This document shows, piece after piece, positions 60,179-64,000 of a stretch of DNA of 64,000 nucleotides. The notes below the pieces were generated by a model, which ran no database searches, had not been told where the DNA came from, and was given only the letters and a program-made list of their open reading frames with translations. Position numbers and translations under genes: made by a program. The stretch comes from Octopus vulgaris (taxonomy: Eukaryota): NCBI GenBank assembly GCA_951406725.2, contig OX597823.1, positions 61,194,001 through 61,258,000 of the forward strand. The letters run 5' to 3'. The number at the start of each line of letters is the position of its first letter. The stretch's first letter is position 1.

Positions 60179-62255
60179 GTAAAACAATAGAATCTCTGTG
60201 ATTAGTACTCACAGGAGTTGAATGAACTAATGTGCCAGAAGAAAATGAATGCTTAAACCCATTCAGATGAAACTTCTTTGAGTGTAAAACTACCTGAAAG
60301 TTCTCAAATATGGAATTAACTTAAACAACAAGACAGACCATTATATTATCTCTAGGTTGTTGTAGTATTAAACTTGAGATATTGTAGTGTATCAGGATTT
60401 TGGTTTGGTATAATGAAGTGTAGTCTGTTTATTGCTCTACAACAATTCATAAGGCTAGTGCTTATCTTTGATTCCTGAGTCGTATTTATTTTGACTGGTT
60501 CTTCTATATCACTAGACTATAAGAAAGTATAATATCTACTTATAGTATTGTGTTTCTGACATTTGATAAACTATCAGATTATTGAAGCACAATGAAGAAG
60601 TGTTGAAGACAATTGAATTACTTTTATAAGCACATCTTTCTCAAAAATAAAAGTAATTTAAACCAAAGAGATGTTGAGGTTAAATTGGAAGCAACTGAAA
60701 CTGTTGAATTCTGCTGGAGTCTGTGAATGTATAATTCAATAAGAAGTATGAAAATTTTAATATCTTACAGATATCTTTGGCAAATTCTTAACTGGAAGCA
60801 AAAAGAAGAAAACAAGAAAAGTTTAAAAATGGAAAATGTGGAGAAATATTTTGAGAATATTAAGTTGAAAATCATTGGTAAATGAATTTTATTAAAATTA
60901 CTGCACTCCAGTACAAAATATATAAAACTATTTTCAAATGATTTAATTGACATTTTTAGATGAAGAAATTATATCAGATTAAAAAAAGTAACCAAAAACT
61001 TCCATAAAATAAAAGTTACAAGAAAAATGATAAAATAAATTACAAGGTAGAGGAAAAGTCAAATTATTGAAAGTTCTTTAGTACAGAATAAAGTAATTTT
61101 TATTTTCTCTGTTCTGCTATAATTAATAATTAATGAAATATTTTCCCAAATGATTAAAAGTTGAGAGAGATTTTTTTTAAAGTTAATTAAAAAAAAATTA
61201 ATTTCATTATGATGGCTTCCAACTGCTTTTATAAAAAAAATTTACATTGAAACAAACCTCCCCTCCCATAGATACGTCTTTATTTAAAGTCAAAACTGTT
61301 ATAAAATTATATTATTTAATTTATAACCGTTATTCTTCAAAGGAAACCAATGTTGCAATAGCAAGAATTATTTTAATTTTAATTGATCTGTTACTTTTAT
61401 CGAAATATAGTCTCTAAACTGGTTTTGTGGATTGATTATTTCTCTGCTATCCTAACCTAACCAGCATTTGAAATTGATCTTCAAATCTCTATGTATTTAC
61501 AAGGCTTTGATTGTAGGACTTATTTGTACAAATTTTCAAATTTTTCAAATATTCTATTTAACATTTGGTAAATAACAATATCATTAGTACATGGTTTCCA
61601 ATAACATGATCATTAATTAGTTCACTATTCTGAAGGTGAAAATGACAAGGGAATGTCTGTGCAATTTGGCAAACTAAATACAACACAAAGTATTTTTATT
61701 CCAAAGCACATTTAATAGTTTTAGAGCTATTTTTATATCTTTCATTTATATACTAAAGTGAAACATATACAGACGTATGTATGCATGTGTATATATGTTA
61801 TTATCTATGTATGTTTGTATATATGTACGTAAATATGTATGTTTATATGTATGTATTTATGTATGTATGTATATTTGTATATATGTTTGTATGTATGTTT
61901 GTATATATGTATATATGTTTGTATGTATGTTTGTATGTATGTATGTCTCTTCTATTTTTTTGATTATTATAAATCTTCCACTGAGGAGAGAGCCAGTTTC
62001 CAACAAAGATACAAGGCTCCATCTTGTATGTATGTATGTATGTATGTATGTATGTATGTATGTATGTATGTATGTATGTATGTATGTATGTATGTATGTA
62101 CGTACGTACGTATGTATGTATGTATGTATGTATGTATGTATGTATGTATGTATGTACGTACGTATGTATGTATGTATGTATGAAATATAAAGCCTTTTGT
62201 AAAACTTTCTGCATTATCAGAAACTTTCTGTATTTTCCATTTTTTTCTATACACA

Positions 62256-62473
62256 CAAAGGGGTACTGAAAAGCTTCTGGCTTAGAGTAAAAAGATATAC
62301 AGGAGGATCAGTTAATTATGATTTTATTTAACATATTCCCCCTCTCAGATTCAATCACTTATTGTAGTGGTCCCTCAGTTTTTCTAAGCCCTGTAAAAGA
62401 ACTTGGAAGATTGGACCCCCAACCAGGCCTTTCATGATACTCTTAAATCCAGAAACTTATCAGCACCTCCTTG
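62256..62473 (-). mobile_element. Mariner-derived MITE, second copy
   Basis: Reverse-complement homology to 49633-49843. Confidence 0.85.
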
Positions 62474-62497
62474 TATGTATATATGGGGAGTGGGAGA

Positions 62498-62827
62498 CCC
62501 CCTCCGGTCGTGAATGACCATAGGATTGCACCTAGAAAGTTACCCTCCGAGGTACAAGTCTGGGCAAGATTGTTTATAGAAGGCCAGCAGTCGCCCATGC
62601 ATACCAGCCTCCCCTCTTCACACCACTGATTTTATCCAAGGGAAAGGCAAAGGCTGATACAGCTTGGCACCAGTGATGTCGCAACTCATTTCTACAGCTG
62701 AGTTAACTGGAGCAACATGAAATAAAATGTCTTGCTCAAGAACACAACACGCCGCCCGGTCTGGGAATTGAACTCACAACCTCACAATTGTAGCTCGACG
62801 CTCTAACCACTGAGCCAAGTGCCTTCA
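62498..62827 (-). mobile_element. SINE family B
   Basis: Homology to 55048-55377. Confidence 0.88.
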
Positions 62828-62859
62828 CATGTATATATATATATATATATATATATATC

Positions 62860-63066
62860 CTTTCTACTATAAGTACAAGGTTTGAAATTTTGGTGTAGCG
62901 GGCTTGTCAATTGCATCAACCCTAGTGGTCAGCTGGTACTTGTTTCATCAACCTTGAAAGGGATGAAAAGCAAAGTTGACCTTAGCAGAATTTCAACTCA
63001 GAATGTAAAAACAGACAAAATGCCCCTAACATGTTGTCCAGTATACCAACAATTCTGCCAGTTAGC
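62860..63066 (-). mobile_element. SINE family C (degenerate)
   Basis: Homology to 4378-4575 and 52626-52860. Confidence 0.75.
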
Positions 63067-63338
63067 CAAAGCTACCTTGTCAAATCATGCCGTTTGACAA
63101 GGGCCGGTTTCCTGGTTTCATGGCATATAAATTCCCCACCTCAACAGGACACTGGTCTGTTGCATGATTATTCATTTTTGCCAGTTAAGTGAACTGGAGT
63201 AACAAAAAATGAAGTGTTTGCTCAAGAACACAACACATTGCCCAGTCTAGGAATCAAAACCACAATCTTCCTATCATGAGTTCAACACTCTAACCACTAA
63301 GCCACGTGCCTGCATGACTTTTCACTTATGGATGTATG

Positions 63339-63377
<39 letters not shown>

Positions 63378-63389
63378 ATGCATGCACGT

Positions 63390-63428
<39 letters not shown>

Positions 63429-64000
63429 GTACTATTAAGTTAGGAATGGCCTTGGTCAATGATAACCAAAAATCCTATCTAAGTTGTGTGTATGAGTGTG
63501 TGTTTATGCATTTGTGTGTGATGGCTGTTTATTTGTGTCAAAAGAGCATATCACCAACTAAAGTCAGTAATAGAGGCATGGAATTTTATGTCCAATATGG
63601 CTTGCATCTTCTTTACCCTATTGAAATGATTCAGAGAAAAGTTGAGGCAAAGAAACTGATTTCAATAAAGATTGTTGGCTTGGAGCTGTGGCAGCATCAT
63701 GAACATCAGCAGAAGATGAAAATTCTCAAAATGAAGGATACCATTCCTTTATACACTGTATTCTATATCAAAGTAATATTGTCTTAGTGACAAGCTTTCA
63801 ATGAATCTTAAGTGGTATTTCACTCTGGGAGGTCTTACAGCACCAACCAAGAGTGAGATGTGGTCCTTTGACACATCTAAATGAGCAGCATCCCTAAATA
63901 AGGGCTGACTCAAACTATGGTAATGTACCCTGCCCATGCCAGCAAATAAAATAATGATGGTGGCAGCATGTGTGTATGTATGTATGTCTACGTAAATGTA

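Noticed and set aside
63490-63930. ORF 63314-63787 and adjacent higher-complexity sequence
   Set aside because: The N-terminus is microsatellite and the rest has no motif I recognise; left unassigned.

Overview
AT-rich, microsatellite-dense animal DNA. The repeat landscape looks cephalopod, probably Octopus (inference). I recognised no host protein-coding exon; almost all short ORFs in the track are microsatellite or SINE artefacts. Two non-LTR retrotransposons have intact long ORFs. (1) An ~8.1 kb RTE-clade LINE (8008-16128, +). Its ORF has APE endonuclease and RT domains, plus a C4HC3 PHD-type finger inserted after the RT core. It is preceded by a 3.8 kb head-to-tail array of ~338-bp monomers, and array plus LINE sit inside one candidate 9-bp target-site duplication. 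(2) A 5'-truncated CR1/L2-group LINE (36091-39367, -) with a possible -1 frameshift junction; its 3' stem-loop is shared with the commonest SINE in the window. About ten minimal type I hammerhead ribozyme motifs of the Penelope-like-element kind lie mostly near (TA)n tracts, and two or three look intact. Also present: a GIY-YIG remnant, foldback inverted repeats, three SINE families, hAT and mariner MITEs, Tc1/mariner remnants, Helitron-like elements, an R4/Dong-like remnant and a RevDR2-like motif cluster. All coordinates and alignments were read by eye; SINE boundaries are approximate.
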